A stretch of DNA of 64,000 bases. Origin: a virus. This document shows positions 27,079 to 38,417 of this stretch, piece by piece. Both the position numbers and the translations under genes were made by a program. Numbering within the stretch: the stretch's first letter is position 1; every line of letters starts with the position of its first letter. The notes under the pieces were generated by a model, which saw only the letters and a list, made by a program, of their open reading frames with translations, searched no databases and was not told the DNA's origin. Location of the stretch: the IMG/VR virus record IMGVR_UViG_3300042291_001557, positions 1-64,000 of that record. One strand, given 5' to 3'.

Positions 27079-28680
27079 ATGGAGGTAGACAACAGAATCC
27101 CCATTGAATTATGGAAGCAGATTCCGCGTTCTCTTGAGCGCCAGTACGGCGGCGTTATATTCTTCATGGACGAAAAAAAAGAAGAGATAGCTGATGTAAG
27201 AGAACGTCTTATTAGTGTAAACGTAAGCTACACGATGAACATGGCTAGCGAGCTGTCGTTTACGGTTCTTGACGAAGGTCTTAAAATGATTTCCAAGAAC
27301 TATTTTAATATAGGTCGTGTTGTTGCCTATGTTAGCGAGACATTCGGAACCATAGAAAAAACAACACTTCCAGAAACATCACAACGCCAATTACAGCTCT
27401 TTGAGATATCCAACGTTGGCGTATCTCAGGGTTCTGGCGAAAACCCCGTAATAACAGTTACATGTTATTCCCGTGCCGTACAGCAAATGAAGAGAGATAG
27501 AAAACCTGGAACTATTGGTGGTTCCGGAACCGAGTTTGTAAAAAGGGCCGCAAAAAAATATGGACTCAAATTTTGGGGTGAAACCACTTCAAAGTCGCAA
27601 CACATAAATAAGGCTTCAGCAGGCTCTAAGGCCGAATCTCTTTGGGATGTCATCGGTAGCCTTGCGAAAGATGCAAAGTTTGTTGTTTACGAAGTGGATG
27701 GATATTTAATATTTGCATCTCAAAAATACATTCTCAAAAGATGGGGAACCCATGAAGCGCCATTAACTGACGCTCAAAAGAAAAGTAAAGACAAAAGAGT
27801 AAAAACTCAAAACAAGTACATACCTCTTACATGGAAAAACAAAAAACTTGACTCTGCAGACCTAAGAGAAGACCTTCAGCTTCTCGAAATTCCAAGCATT
27901 ACAATTACTGAAAATAACCCATGGGATGCTTCCGGTTCGGCACTGATAGATAGATTTAATGCTGTTCGTCTCAGGCCCGGGATGACAATAAAACTTGGTG
28001 GGATGTCCGACTACAACGGCTACTACTTAATAGAATCTGTTTCTTTTTCAGACATATCCCCAGACCCAGTGAGTATTTCATTTAAAAAGCCTGAACCAGC
28101 TAAAGCCACAGACGTTAAGGACCTTCCAATTGGGGCACGTGGCCCTCAGGTAATTGACATAACCGACCAAATTGGAATAACGGCCAGAGATAGAACATAC
28201 GAGGTAACTGAGGCTGGGTCAAAGTTCTTTAGCAAAAGAACTTACAAAGGCATATTCCCATTACCGGACGCCGACAATAGAACCAGCCGTTATCCATTAG
28301 CCACAACAGGAGTATTCGCACAGGGGAATGTAGACCTCTACGGAAGACCAGTGCTTGTATCTGGTTCTAACGTAAAGACAACACATTCGATAACTATCTA
28401 TCCATGGACCGAAGCAGGGGTGAATAATGGTAAACCGTTCTCTCTTCTCCTAACACCAATATGGACAGTTGGTGGTGTCCCTGTGGAGTTAAACCAAGCC
28501 CAAACTATTGCTAAATATCAATCTGATGGAAAGTTTTTGGCAAAAGCAAGAGGAAAATCTAAAGTAGAATCTATTTTAAATGCTGGGGTTTACGGGGAGC
28601 TAATACACGGTCAACAGCAAGAGATAATGAAAAAAAAATTCCCTAACGGAAAATACGTCACCACTGCTGGGAGCGAATAA
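27079..28680 (+). CDS. Baseplate hub (gpD/gp27-like) with extra C-terminal domain
   Basis: [19 protein letters not shown]...[21 protein letters not shown]...GYYLIESV. Confidence 0.7.
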   Translation: MEVDNRIPIELWKQIPRSLERQYGGVIFFMDEKKEEIADVRERLISVNVSYTMNMASELSFTVLDEGLKMISKNYFNIGRVVAYVSETFGTIEKTTLPETSQRQLQLFEISNVGVSQGSGENPVITVTCYSRAVQQMKRDRKPGTIGGSGTEFVKRAAKKYGLKFWGETTSKSQHINKASAGSKAESLWDVIGSLAKDAKFVVYEVDGYLIFASQKYILKRWGTHEAPLTDAQKKSKDKRVKTQNKYIPLTWKNKKLDSADLREDLQLLEIPSITITENNPWDASGSALIDRFNAVRLRPGMTIKLGGMSDYNGYYLIESVSFSDISPDPVSISFKKPEPAKATDVKDLPIGARGPQVIDITDQIGITARDRTYEVTEAGSKFFSKRTYKGIFPLPDADNRTSRYPLATTGVFAQGNVDLYGRPVLVSGSNVKTTHSITIYPWTEAGVNNGKPFSLLLTPIWTVGGVPVELNQAQTIAKYQSDGKFLAKARGKSKVESILNAGVYGELIHGQQQEIMKKKFPNGKYVTTAGSE

Positions 28681-30683
28681 TGCTTACTCCTCCACAGCCA
28701 CAGACAGTACGTAGAGACAATGCCTTCTCTGTTCGCAAAGACCCGGGCGAAATATTTAACTGTATTGTTACGCGAGTAACTGCGGATGGGCGCGTTCACG
28801 TTCACGTTCCTGAACTTGGTAGCGATTTGGGCCCAATTCTTCCTCTTGATACAGACCTAACCAAGAAGTACAAAGTAGAAGACACGGTTGTTGGCACTTT
28901 CCTGACGTCAGCAATGAGTAGCTTTGTCATCTTTGGATTAAGCAAGTCATCTAATCGTTCTTCTATCCTTATTTTTGCAACAGAAGCAGAAAGAACCGCA
29001 TCGCTTGGTACATCTCCAAGTACTGGAATATTCACATACGTGACTGCTACTTCCGCTGTTCAATACTGGAATGGTTCGGCATGGATGTCGATAGGTGGAG
29101 GCGTAAGAGTATCCGACACCGCACCAACGTCTCCAATGCAGGGTGATTTGTGGTTTGAATCAGACACAAGCCTTACGTTTGTTTACTACGATTCAGCATG
29201 GGTCGAGGTTGGACCACAGCCAGCAACTGGCCCCACTGGACCCACTGGACCCTCCGGCGGGCCAACAGGACCAACTGGCGTAACCGGTGCAACTGGACCG
29301 GCAGGAGCAACAGGAGCAACAGGCGCAACGGGCGCAACAGGTCCTGTCGGCCCTACTGGCATTACGGGTCCTACCGGTCCTGCAGGTGCAACTGGGGCAA
29401 CCGGCCCCCAAGGGGACCCAGGATTTAATGGTCTACCTGGGTTGGATGGAGCAACCGGGCCAACTGGTCCTGCTGGAGACACGGGAGCAACGGGTCCTTC
29501 TGGTCCCTCCGGTCCTGCAGTTGTTTCTGTTGGAACAGTAAGCGACGGTGCTACTGGTTCTGTTGTAAATAGCGGAACAGCTGGGGCTGCGATACTCGAC
29601 TTTGTGTTGCCTATTGGGGCTACTGGGAATACTGGCCCAGTAGGTGCCACTGGTGCAACGGGTTCCGGCTACTCGGGCGTAACATCAACAACTCAACACA
29701 ATATAGCCGTTTCAGGTGTAAAAGCTTTTACACTTAACACCGCCAATAGCGCATTTACCACTGGACAAAGAGTTCGTGCTGCTACTCCATTAGCTCCAGC
29801 AAACTACGTTGAAGGCATTGTTACTGTAACAAGCACGACCTTAACAATGACAGTAGACACCACCGGTGGCGCTGGTATTTACAACTCGTGGGCATTTTCT
29901 ACTGCAGGAAATGTTGGGGCAACTGGACCTTCTGGAGTCCCAGGTTCAAACGGTGTAACCTCACTAACGGGCGGTACAGGAGTTTCTGTATCTAGTTCTA
30001 CAGGTGCAGTAACTGCGAGTATTGGGCAATCAGTTGCCACCACGGCAAATCCAACTTTTGGAAACATAACCGCATCAGGTTCCGGAGATACGAGTGTCAG
30101 AATTAACTCTACCAGTGGTTATGCCATTCAGTATTTTTCAATAAATGGCACCAATAGATGGCATTATGAAGTCACCCCTTCTTACCAATCGTGGGGGCTT
30201 GTTGAAACTGGTATCGCTCAACGAATGACGGTTAACGCTGGTACCGGTAATGCAACTTTTACTGGAGCCGTAACAGCTTCTGGTGCGGCATCAATGGGTG
30301 CACTCCGTAGTACTGATTTGTCGTATAACAACTCTTCCCAAAATGTGCCTATAAGATTTGACCAAATTGGTTACAATATTGGCAGCCACTACAACGCTGC
30401 CACTGGATTACTGACCGCCCCCCTTGCTGGCGATTATGCTGTTTCGTGTGGCGTTTACAATGCCGCAAACGTAGACGTAAGTCAATTATGGAGCGTACAA
30501 AATGGTGCACGAGGACCAAGCATTGCTTTGACCAGTTCCGCAAATGGCAACCTGGCCGGTTCCGGAGTATTCCGTCTGGCTGCGGGCGACACCCTGGGAA
30601 TGGCCGCATGGTTTGGTGGCGCTACAGTAACAATTACGTCTAACTACTTCCATACTTTTTTGAAAATTAGATACATAGGATAG
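28680..30683 (+). CDS. Central spike/fibre: gpV-like N-terminus, collagen (G-X-Y) stalk, C-terminal C1q-like domain
   Basis: Position between hub and gp25; [11 protein letters not shown]-terminus; GPT/GAT repeats about 29229-29520; C-terminus IRFD...[16 protein letters not shown]...LAAGDTL...TFLKIRYIG. Confidence 0.7.
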   Translation: MLTPPQPQTVRRDNAFSVRKDPGEIFNCIVTRVTADGRVHVHVPELGSDLGPILPLDTDLTKKYKVEDTVVGTFLTSAMSSFVIFGLSKSSNRSSILIFATEAERTASLGTSPSTGIFTYVTATSAVQYWNGSAWMSIGGGVRVSDTAPTSPMQGDLWFESDTSLTFVYYDSAWVEVGPQPATGPTGPTGPSGGPTGPTGVTGATGPAGATGATGATGATGPVGPTGITGPTGPAGATGATGPQGDPGFNGLPGLDGATGPTGPAGDTGATGPSGPSGPAVVSVGTVSDGATGSVVNSGTAGAAILDFVLPIGATGNTGPVGATGATGSGYSGVTSTTQHNIAVSGVKAFTLNTANSAFTTGQRVRAATPLAPANYVEGIVTVTSTTLTMTVDTTGGAGIYNSWAFSTAGNVGATGPSGVPGSNGVTSLTGGTGVSVSSSTGAVTASIGQSVATTANPTFGNITASGSGDTSVRINSTSGYAIQYFSINGTNRWHYEVTPSYQSWGLVETGIAQRMTVNAGTGNATFTGAVTASGAASMGALRSTDLSYNNSSQNVPIRFDQIGYNIGSHYNAATGLLTAPLAGDYAVSCGVYNAANVDVSQLWSVQNGARGPSIALTSSANGNLAGSGVFRLAAGDTLGMAAWFGGATVTITSNYFHTFLKIRYIG

Positions 30684-30689
30684 GAAATA

Positions 30690-30977
30690 ATGAACACTTT
30701 TACAGTAACTCTTACAGACGCAGAACTTAAAGCATTGGCCCATGTTGCCTATGAGCCGCAAGACTGGATTGATAATGTTGTCCATGAACGCTGCCGTATC
30801 GCCATGGAAGAAATATTTGCAGCAGAGGTGGCCCGAATGGTTGCAGACCCGACCACGACCTCAATCCCTGCCGACCGTGAAGAAGTTGTTCTAGCGGCGG
30901 ACATCAAGACAGCTAAAGAAATACACGAAGAGAACATGCTCCCCCCCGTCACACAAACACCAGACCCTATGGGATAA
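30690..30977 (+). CDS. Small protein following the C1q-like fibre (putative chaperone/cap)
   Basis: 95 aa, AGGA RBS, directly downstream of the fibre gene. Confidence 0.6.
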   Translation: MNTFTVTLTDAELKALAHVAYEPQDWIDNVVHERCRIAMEEIFAAEVARMVADPTTTSIPADREEVVLAADIKTAKEIHEENMLPPVTQTPDPMG

Positions 30978-30983
30978 TTGAAT

Positions 30984-31280
30984 ATGGACACTATTAAATT
31001 CCCAATTAAATTTGACACATCTGGCGTCCAGAAGCTCTATGACGGCACTTACGATTTCTACTCTCAACTATTGACAGTTGCCTTATTGACCGAGCCTCGA
31101 AGCCATCCGTTTACTCCAAGATTTGGAGTTAGCGACCCGACCTTCACAACTATAGATAAAGGCCTATTTGTTCTCAATGCTTCTCGTTTTGTCCCAGAAG
31201 TTGAAATAACATCACTTAACATATCGGAAGACAATGGGACAATAGGTGTTCAGTTTTCTTTTGTAATAACGGAAGAGTAA
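30984..31280 (+). CDS. Baseplate gp25-like (sheath initiator) protein
   Basis: IKFPIKF...LLTEPRSHPFTPRFGV; size and position. Confidence 0.75.
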   Translation: MDTIKFPIKFDTSGVQKLYDGTYDFYSQLLTVALLTEPRSHPFTPRFGVSDPTFTTIDKGLFVLNASRFVPEVEITSLNISEDNGTIGVQFSFVITEE

Positions 31281-31284
31281 ATCC

Positions 31285-32772
31285 ATGCCAGCAGATTTTT
31301 CACAATACGTAGACCTAACTATCTACGACAAAGAGCCAGGCGACATGTACTTGGAAGCCATAGAGATGGCTCGCTTAACCCTGCCCGAATTCTCCCTTAG
31401 AACAGGAACTGTAGAAGACGCCATATTCCAGGCGATGGCATGGATTGGTTGGGTTAACGCAACCTCTGTAAATAGAATCCCGGACAGATTAATGGCCGGA
31501 ATACTTTCAATGATGGGCGTCACCATTAACTTGTCGTCTTCAGCGCAAATGAACATTACCGTCACGGCCGACTCCTACGAAGGTGCGACTATCCCGGTCG
31601 GAACAGTATTCGGATACACCAGTATTTTTGAAGACGAAGTAATCGAGTATGTATTTATGACGGTTGAGGCGCTTGAGATTGCAGCAGATGAATCACCTGC
31701 TCCTGGTGACCCTTTCCCGTCAGGGGTCGTTCTTGCTGAATGTATAACCCCAGGAGTTATTCCGTCAATTACCCCGGCAACTCCGTTAACCCTACTCACC
31801 CCGTCGACTTCTATTATTAGTGCAGAATCCAGTTCTGGTGTAAGCACCTCTGGCGCACCTCTTGCATATTTCCAAAATGGAGTAAATAACGAAACATCGT
31901 CTGGTTTCCTATCTAGGGCGGTTTCGTATCTGTCATCTCTTTCGTCAACATTGGTTAAAGCCAGCCAGGTTGATTCATTCGTTGCCAATACATATTCTGG
32001 TTTAGTTGGACGAGTTCGCACATACGACTTGACAGATGGTGACCCAGACACTGGAGACATCGCAACAAGTAAAACCAAAACAATTACAAACGTTTCCAGA
32101 GTTGTATCCCCCAGTCAAATTGCAACAGTAACAATTGGCTCCAATCATCAGTTCCAAGCAGGAGACAGGGTTGATATTTCTGGATTAACAAATACCACAT
32201 ACAACGGTGTTGGTATTGAATTAACGAGTGTTAGTGCAACAACTATATCTTATGCCAATTCTGGTTCTATACAGACTTCTACTGCTGACTCTGGAACCGT
32301 CACTAAGGGAATTGAGTCAGTTGGAAATATTGCTGTTTTTGTTTACGGAAACGGCGACTTCGTGGATACGTTGATTCAAATACCGGACATACAAAGCGCA
32401 ATCATTGACAAAGCACTTCCGGGTCTTATCGTAAACGTGAGCAACTTTGAACTTCTTTCCGCCACGATTGTTGCGTCGGTTGTTCTTGATTCAAACTACG
32501 ACCAGGAACCACTGGAGCAAACAGTAGAAAACTCGATTATCGAGTACCTGAGTCCTGGTGTTTACCCAACTTCGGAAGACGTCCTTAGGGCCAATCAAAT
32601 CATTGCTTTGATTAGTGCTATCCCAGGCGTTAGATACGTTTCATCATTCGCGCTAACCCCAGGAACCAGTAACTGGCTTCCTCAGATTGATGAAAACTTA
32701 GAACCAGCAAACAAGGGATGGGCTCCAAGAATCACGCCCGGCGATTTAACTATCTCATACACGGTGGTATAG
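31285..32772 (+). CDS. Baseplate J-like wedge protein
   Basis: GTVEDAIFQA, TIPVGTVF, GVNNETSSGFLSRA, ISAIPGVRYV; follows gp25. Confidence 0.82.
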   Translation: MPADFSQYVDLTIYDKEPGDMYLEAIEMARLTLPEFSLRTGTVEDAIFQAMAWIGWVNATSVNRIPDRLMAGILSMMGVTINLSSSAQMNITVTADSYEGATIPVGTVFGYTSIFEDEVIEYVFMTVEALEIAADESPAPGDPFPSGVVLAECITPGVIPSITPATPLTLLTPSTSIISAESSSGVSTSGAPLAYFQNGVNNETSSGFLSRAVSYLSSLSSTLVKASQVDSFVANTYSGLVGRVRTYDLTDGDPDTGDIATSKTKTITNVSRVVSPSQIATVTIGSNHQFQAGDRVDISGLTNTTYNGVGIELTSVSATTISYANSGSIQTSTADSGTVTKGIESVGNIAVFVYGNGDFVDTLIQIPDIQSAIIDKALPGLIVNVSNFELLSATIVASVVLDSNYDQEPLEQTVENSIIEYLSPGVYPTSEDVLRANQIIALISAIPGVRYVSSFALTPGTSNWLPQIDENLEPANKGWAPRITPGDLTISYTVV

Positions 32773-32774
32773 CC

Positions 32775-34745
32775 GTGGCGAAAACTTTTAACAGGCTTTC
32801 TCAGTTCAACGGCCTAGAGACAAACGACAGGCTTACCGGTCTTTCTATACCGCTAACAAGCAATGCTTACCCTGTTGTTCAGTGGTCTATTGACGAAGAC
32901 GTGTCCTATACAGAAAACCACCTAGTTTTAAAGATTCTTAAAACTTATCTACCAAGCATCGACGACCCGATAACCGTCTCGGGTATAGCGTTTGAAGATG
33001 TTGCCGGGTACACCCCAATTAGCACCGACCCAAACCCAGTAGCACTAAACAAAAACTACAGAATTGTAGATATAGATATAGACTCAGACCCTACCCATTA
33101 CTACCTTCACTGCGAAACCGAACTGGACTGGTCGATGGGTGAAATATTCTCTACCCCCCACGGCTCGTATGCGGTATCTGTTTATTTCCTGTATCCCCAG
33201 AGATGGGAATGTGACGGTGGAACAATATCTACAGTTGCAGATACTTTTGACGTAAAGTCCAGATACGCAATAAAAATAAACCCTTCAACATCTGGGCCCG
33301 TAACCCTAAGACTAGTTGGCCACAGCCCCATGCTTCTTGAAGACAACGGCAAGGACTTTTCTTTTAACGGCAAAATTTACTGCACAGAGCAAACTAGTGT
33401 TATGTGCAGGCTTGTTTACTCGGAATGGATTGGCGTAGAAGAAGAAGAGCCCGGTTTTGCAACTATTTATCCAGGAAGATTTGCCGCGTTTAGAAGCAAC
33501 GTGGAAATGCTGCCTTTATCCGAAGAAGATACTTATGGTTTTGACGTAATAATTACACTGACTAATCATGGTGGACAAGTCGTGTATCTAACTTCTCCGC
33601 ACTTAATAGAAGACTTTCTTTACTATTCAAACCCATACGTTTATAGCGCTCGCAGTTCTATGCCTGACTTTTACTGGGAGATGGACTCAAACCAAACAAA
33701 CCCATCAGCTCCATTGCATAGGTTTATTGACTGCCTGATGACCGGCGCTAGTGATGTTTACGAAGAATACCTGCGCATTTATCACTACGAACCTAGACAA
33801 CTAGGAATACTTGCAGAGCAGTACGAATCAAACGACACCCACAGTACTTTGGTTAATCCACAATATGTTGACTCAAGGTACGCTCCGTGGCTTTCTCAGT
33901 TCAACGGCCACAGACTAAAGAAGAATATTAAATACCTGTACAACGGCTTAACGGACACTACATACGCGACAAACCAAGACATGTTTACGTCTACTGGGGC
34001 AGTTGAGTCTTATGTTCGGTGGCAGCTTTCCAATGGCTACTACGGTCGAGCAGCAGGGACAACCGAAGCAATTAGAGAGGCCGCCAAACAGGTGCTTCAC
34101 TACACAAAAAACGGAAATAACTCAACCTATTTTGTTTCGATAACCGCCCACTACCAGAGCGACCCTTTCAAAATTCTGATTCGCACCCTACTGAATGAGA
34201 CCTTTGACTGTGAATCAAATGGTGACGAAAGCTACGCATTGCTTGACGCAGTAGAGATGGCAAAACCTATGGGTTACAAGATTTATCACGAGGCCGTAGC
34301 TGTTGTTGAGTTTAGAATCGGCGACGTAATCCCGGGAACAAAAACAGACGGAACCGAGCTCCCAGGAAACCCAATAGGCAACACCTCGGACGGCATGTAC
34401 CCACTAGGAAACGTCGTCCCCAATGACGCAACAGGAACCCCTGAATCAGGAATAGTTATTGCCTCGGTGACCTCAGCGGCGTTCACCATGCTGGCCGGCG
34501 ATACGTCGGTAACGATTACGCTTACTGGTGGAACGTTTAAAGCTGGCGCAATAGTTGCAGGCGATTTCACGTTTGCAGGCACGGACGCAACGGCTTTAGC
34601 GGCCGGAATATTCACTAGAACTGGTAACACTGTTGTGACAATTACTGGCCTTAGCGGGCTTGTCGGAACGGACAATACCGTGCTCGTCAAGACTTCTACG
34701 CAAGCAACTCAGGCAAGTGCCGTTGTTGGCGCAGGAACTACATAA
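32775..34745 (+). CDS. Baseplate wedge (gpI-like) protein with additional domains
   Basis: APWLSQFNG...AGTTEAIREAAKQVL...AKPMG; GTG at 32775 just after the J stop. Confidence 0.65.
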   Translation: MAKTFNRLSQFNGLETNDRLTGLSIPLTSNAYPVVQWSIDEDVSYTENHLVLKILKTYLPSIDDPITVSGIAFEDVAGYTPISTDPNPVALNKNYRIVDIDIDSDPTHYYLHCETELDWSMGEIFSTPHGSYAVSVYFLYPQRWECDGGTISTVADTFDVKSRYAIKINPSTSGPVTLRLVGHSPMLLEDNGKDFSFNGKIYCTEQTSVMCRLVYSEWIGVEEEEPGFATIYPGRFAAFRSNVEMLPLSEEDTYGFDVIITLTNHGGQVVYLTSPHLIEDFLYYSNPYVYSARSSMPDFYWEMDSNQTNPSAPLHRFIDCLMTGASDVYEEYLRIYHYEPRQLGILAEQYESNDTHSTLVNPQYVDSRYAPWLSQFNGHRLKKNIKYLYNGLTDTTYATNQDMFTSTGAVESYVRWQLSNGYYGRAAGTTEAIREAAKQVLHYTKNGNNSTYFVSITAHYQSDPFKILIRTLLNETFDCESNGDESYALLDAVEMAKPMGYKIYHEAVAVVEFRIGDVIPGTKTDGTELPGNPIGNTSDGMYPLGNVVPNDATGTPESGIVIASVTSAAFTMLAGDTSVTITLTGGTFKAGAIVAGDFTFAGTDATALAAGIFTRTGNTVVTITGLSGLVGTDNTVLVKTSTQATQASAVVGAGTT

Positions 34746-34794
34746 CAAATCAAATTGCCTTAGATGGTAAAATTAGAGCAATAACGGAGGAAAA

Positions 34795-35694
34795 ATGGCT
34801 GGCGCAGGAATAAAGAAGTTCACGGTGGGGGAAACCCTTTCGGATGCTGAGATTAATACATACCTCATGGACCAGACCGTCCCTGTTTTCGTAAACGCTG
34901 CAGCCAGGGACTCGGCTTTTGGTGGGGCAGGAGAACCAACCCTTTCCGAAGGACGTCTTTGCTACCTACAAAGCACCAAAAAGGTTCAATACTACAACGG
35001 CGTTACGTGGAGCGACTCTGGGCAGTTCACCGTTGCTGACGGCGATATTACTACAGACAAGCTATATGGGGTTGCCGGTTCAGAGGCGGTAACAACAGCA
35101 AAGATAAGAAACAGTGCTATCACTACGGACAAGCTAGATGGAACCGCCCTATCCGAAGCCGTTACTACGGCAAAGATTAGAAATGGTGCTGTCGATTCAA
35201 GCAAGCTTGCATCAAACCTGACGCTTACTGGAACAACCGTAATTGCGGCTACAGGAAAAGTTCAGCAACTTTTGGAAAAAGCTGTTTACTCAGCTACTCC
35301 ACTTACCACTACACCGACAACGCTCATCAACGTAATAAACGGAGCCGTCTACTATTACTACGCCGAATCAGCCCTTGATTTCTCAATAAACATTACCGCC
35401 ACAACAACCGGAGTTGCAGACCTTAACGCGCTTATGTCGGTTCAGGAAGCGCTGACCATTGTTGTGTTTACTGCACAAGGTGCTGCTGCAAAAAGACTGA
35501 CAGCCATAACAGTGGACGGTCTCACTTCCGGCATTCCGGGTACACCGGGCGTACAAGTTGGGGTTCGTTGGTTTGGTGGAGTTTCCTACCCATCGGGAAA
35601 TGCAAGCTCTGTTGACGCCTACACAATTACCATTCTCAAAACCGGTACTAACGCTTTCGAAGTTTTTGCTAGCCAGTCCTCATTTAAGGCATAA
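34795..35694 (+). CDS. Tail fibre / fibre adapter
   Basis: N-terminal KKFTVGETLSDAEINTYLMDQ, AVTTAKI repeats, C-terminal WFGG..PSGNASSVDAYTITILKT; GGAGG RBS and TGGTAAAAT upstream. Confidence 0.7.
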   Translation: MAGAGIKKFTVGETLSDAEINTYLMDQTVPVFVNAAARDSAFGGAGEPTLSEGRLCYLQSTKKVQYYNGVTWSDSGQFTVADGDITTDKLYGVAGSEAVTTAKIRNSAITTDKLDGTALSEAVTTAKIRNGAVDSSKLASNLTLTGTTVIAATGKVQQLLEKAVYSATPLTTTPTTLINVINGAVYYYYAESALDFSINITATTTGVADLNALMSVQEALTIVVFTAQGAAAKRLTAITVDGLTSGIPGTPGVQVGVRWFGGVSYPSGNASSVDAYTITILKTGTNAFEVFASQSSFKA

Positions 35695-35696
35695 CA

Positions 35697-38186
35697 ATGC
35701 CTCTTCTTGGAGCTAGAGCTACAGCCTCTAGGGGATATTTTGGTGGAGGGACCAAACCTGGTGCACCCATAATTACCAGCTCTACGCAGGGTGTTGCTTC
35801 GTTATCTATTGCTTTTACTGCTCCAGTTTTTAACGGCGGCCTTTTAATTAGCAAGTATGAATACGCTGTTTCGATAAACAACTCCACATGGACTACGTTC
35901 GCTACTGCTGTTTCGGGAACTAACCCACCAACATCTCCGGTGACTATTTCTGGTTTAACAAACGGGCAGCCGTACTACGTAAAACTTAGAGCAGTCAACG
36001 GTCTAGGTTTTGGACCGGATTCAAACGTCTGGAGCACGACCACCACTCCAAGAACAACGCCCGATGCACCAACACTAACTTCTGTTACTCGTGGTTTTAG
36101 AAGACTCACTGCGGCATTTACGGCCCCAGCTTTTAACGGTGGAAGTGCAATAACAGACTATGAGTACTCAATAAACGGAGGTACGACATGGGCATCAATG
36201 GTGCAGGCAACAACTGCTGATTATCCGATTACTGGTCTCTCCGACTTTACGTCCTACGATGTGCGTGTGAGAGCCATGAACGTAGCTCCAGGCGGAGGAA
36301 CGCGCAGCGCCTTAATAAACGCTTACACTGCTGGAATCCCAGGAACCGTAACTGGCGTTAGTGGAACATCCAACGCTAACGCAGCGTCCGTGGTTTCATG
36401 GACTGCGCCAGATGCAAACGGTGACGGGATAGATGACTACACGATTCAGTACTCAACTACTTCAGACTTTTCTTCTGATATAAATACTTTTGCCCATACG
36501 GCATCCGCTGCTACTTCACAATCTATTCCACTCACAAACGGAACGACTTATTATTTTAGAGTTAAAGCAGTAAACGCAGTTGGTTCATCCCTTGACTGGT
36601 CAGCTATTTCGGGAGGTGCAAGACCAGCAATTATTGCAGGAATACCAACTTCGATTACTCAAAGCTCAGGAAATGGCTCTTACACAATCGGATGGACAGC
36701 CCCAACGGGCACTCCGCCATTCTCTTATGTTGTTCAAATAACCACCGCAAACGAGACCGCATGGGACACGGCAAAAGAAGTTACCGTAACGTCTCTTAGT
36801 AAAACCTTTACTGGCCTGTCTAACGGTTCTTCTTACCGAGCCAGAGTTTATGCTTACAACGCTGCGGGAGCAACTGCTCCGTATTGGGTTGAAAGCACGG
36901 CGCAAACGCCATCCACGGTTCCTGACAACGTCGCAACTCCTACATCGTCTGCAGGAGATAGATTCTTTAAAATTGACTGGGTAGCACCAACAGGAACTGG
37001 AACTGGTGGCTCACCAATAACAACGTATTGGGCTCAATATTCTACTGACAATGTCAATTGGGTAGGGACTGTGGATGTTGGAAACGTTCTTACCAAAACA
37101 TGGACCAGCAATGGTACCACTTTCAAAAATGACGGAACAACTTATTATGGACGTGTTATAGCATTTAACGTCAGAGGCAATAGCGTTGCATGGTCGGCTG
37201 GGTCACCTGGAAGAGCGCCAGCAATGGTTATTCCAACAATGAACTGGGTTGATTCTTCAGCTACAAAATATTCAGACTGGAGCATGTCCTGGTCTGGAAC
37301 AACTGGATATACGTACCAAACTCAGAAGTATTACACCTCATGGGCAGACTTCGGGGGCTCACAAAGCGGTTCTGGTGCAAAAACAAGCGACTCGTTTACT
37401 GTTGGGTATGGGGCGTCTGTTTATGGCAGAGTAAAAGTAACGGACCCTGATGGTGTTGTTGATTACACGAACCAAAGGTATGTTACCGCCGGAAGAGCTG
37501 CCGGTTCAGATACCGACACATATAGCTGGAATGACTGGGTGTACACAAACGGAACTGCTACCGGGAGTGTCATTGCTTCCAATCGGAGCTACGATACTGA
37601 GGAACAGTTTAACGGAGAATCCTCCACAAATGTCTATCCCATTTCGTACCCTCACGTTTTTGATGACAACACCGACGGAACGCTTGGCTCCACCAACGGT
37701 AACATAGTCTATGTTTATGCCGTAAGAATAAGAATGACCCGTGCCAACAGTGAGGTATTTGACCTCACAGCCAATACTCAAACTAACACAACTGGAAGAA
37801 AAGTTTTCTTCTATGGTCCTGGAAGTCTCGGGATGCGCCTCTGGAAACAGACCGATGGTACACCAGTGGGCCAAAGCTGGGGAACCCCAGACCAAACAGT
37901 CAACTCCTTCTGGACCGGAACGGCCCAAAAGGAGCACACATGGAATGTCGACAATACCGTTACCGGTAACGTACTTGTTAATGGCGTGCGCTGTTTGCGA
38001 GCTCCCGGTAATGAATGGTTTATATCCGGGAGCAATGCCGCTGGAACTGTATACTCCACCAACTGGGGTACCGTTGTGAGCGGTGCAGCAACAACCGTAG
38101 CGCTCACCGTGTATTATTTCCGTGCCACCAGGACATTCACTACATACGCCAATGATTACGGCGCAACAAATTCAACCTATGGCTGA
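35697..38186 (+). CDS. Fibronectin type III repeat protein (about five repeats) with unique C-terminal domain
   Basis: Repeated P.AP...W/FTAP..NGG..I..Y...GL.NG..Y..RV.A.N. Confidence 0.82.
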   Translation: MPLLGARATASRGYFGGGTKPGAPIITSSTQGVASLSIAFTAPVFNGGLLISKYEYAVSINNSTWTTFATAVSGTNPPTSPVTISGLTNGQPYYVKLRAVNGLGFGPDSNVWSTTTTPRTTPDAPTLTSVTRGFRRLTAAFTAPAFNGGSAITDYEYSINGGTTWASMVQATTADYPITGLSDFTSYDVRVRAMNVAPGGGTRSALINAYTAGIPGTVTGVSGTSNANAASVVSWTAPDANGDGIDDYTIQYSTTSDFSSDINTFAHTASAATSQSIPLTNGTTYYFRVKAVNAVGSSLDWSAISGGARPAIIAGIPTSITQSSGNGSYTIGWTAPTGTPPFSYVVQITTANETAWDTAKEVTVTSLSKTFTGLSNGSSYRARVYAYNAAGATAPYWVESTAQTPSTVPDNVATPTSSAGDRFFKIDWVAPTGTGTGGSPITTYWAQYSTDNVNWVGTVDVGNVLTKTWTSNGTTFKNDGTTYYGRVIAFNVRGNSVAWSAGSPGRAPAMVIPTMNWVDSSATKYSDWSMSWSGTTGYTYQTQKYYTSWADFGGSQSGSGAKTSDSFTVGYGASVYGRVKVTDPDGVVDYTNQRYVTAGRAAGSDTDTYSWNDWVYTNGTATGSVIASNRSYDTEEQFNGESSTNVYPISYPHVFDDNTDGTLGSTNGNIVYVYAVRIRMTRANSEVFDLTANTQTNTTGRKVFFYGPGSLGMRLWKQTDGTPVGQSWGTPDQTVNSFWTGTAQKEHTWNVDNTVTGNVLVNGVRCLRAPGNEWFISGSNAAGTVYSTNWGTVVSGAATTVALTVYYFRATRTFTTYANDYGATNSTYG

Positions 38187-38198
38187 TAATGTTTTGTC

Positions 38199-38417
38199 AT
38201 GCGTGAACAAATAGGCAAAAACCAAAAATCTAGTCCTACTGACTTTTTAAAATCAGATACAGAATTTGCGCCGACTACACTTCAACGCGAGCGTTACTCA
38301 ATCTGCAAGGAATGCCCAGAACTTACGAAAGTTACAAAGCAATGCAAGCAATGTGGTTGTTTTATGAACTTAAAAGTGAAGCTTGGTCATGCAGTCTGCC
38401 CACTAGGTAAGTGGTGA
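38199..38417 (+). CDS. Small Cys-rich (CxxC...CxxCGC...CP..KW) protein
   Basis: RYSICKECPEL...QCKQCGCFM...CPLGKW; TAATGT 6 nt before the ATG. Confidence 0.75.
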   Translation: MREQIGKNQKSSPTDFLKSDTEFAPTTLQRERYSICKECPELTKVTKQCKQCGCFMNLKVKLGHAVCPLGKW

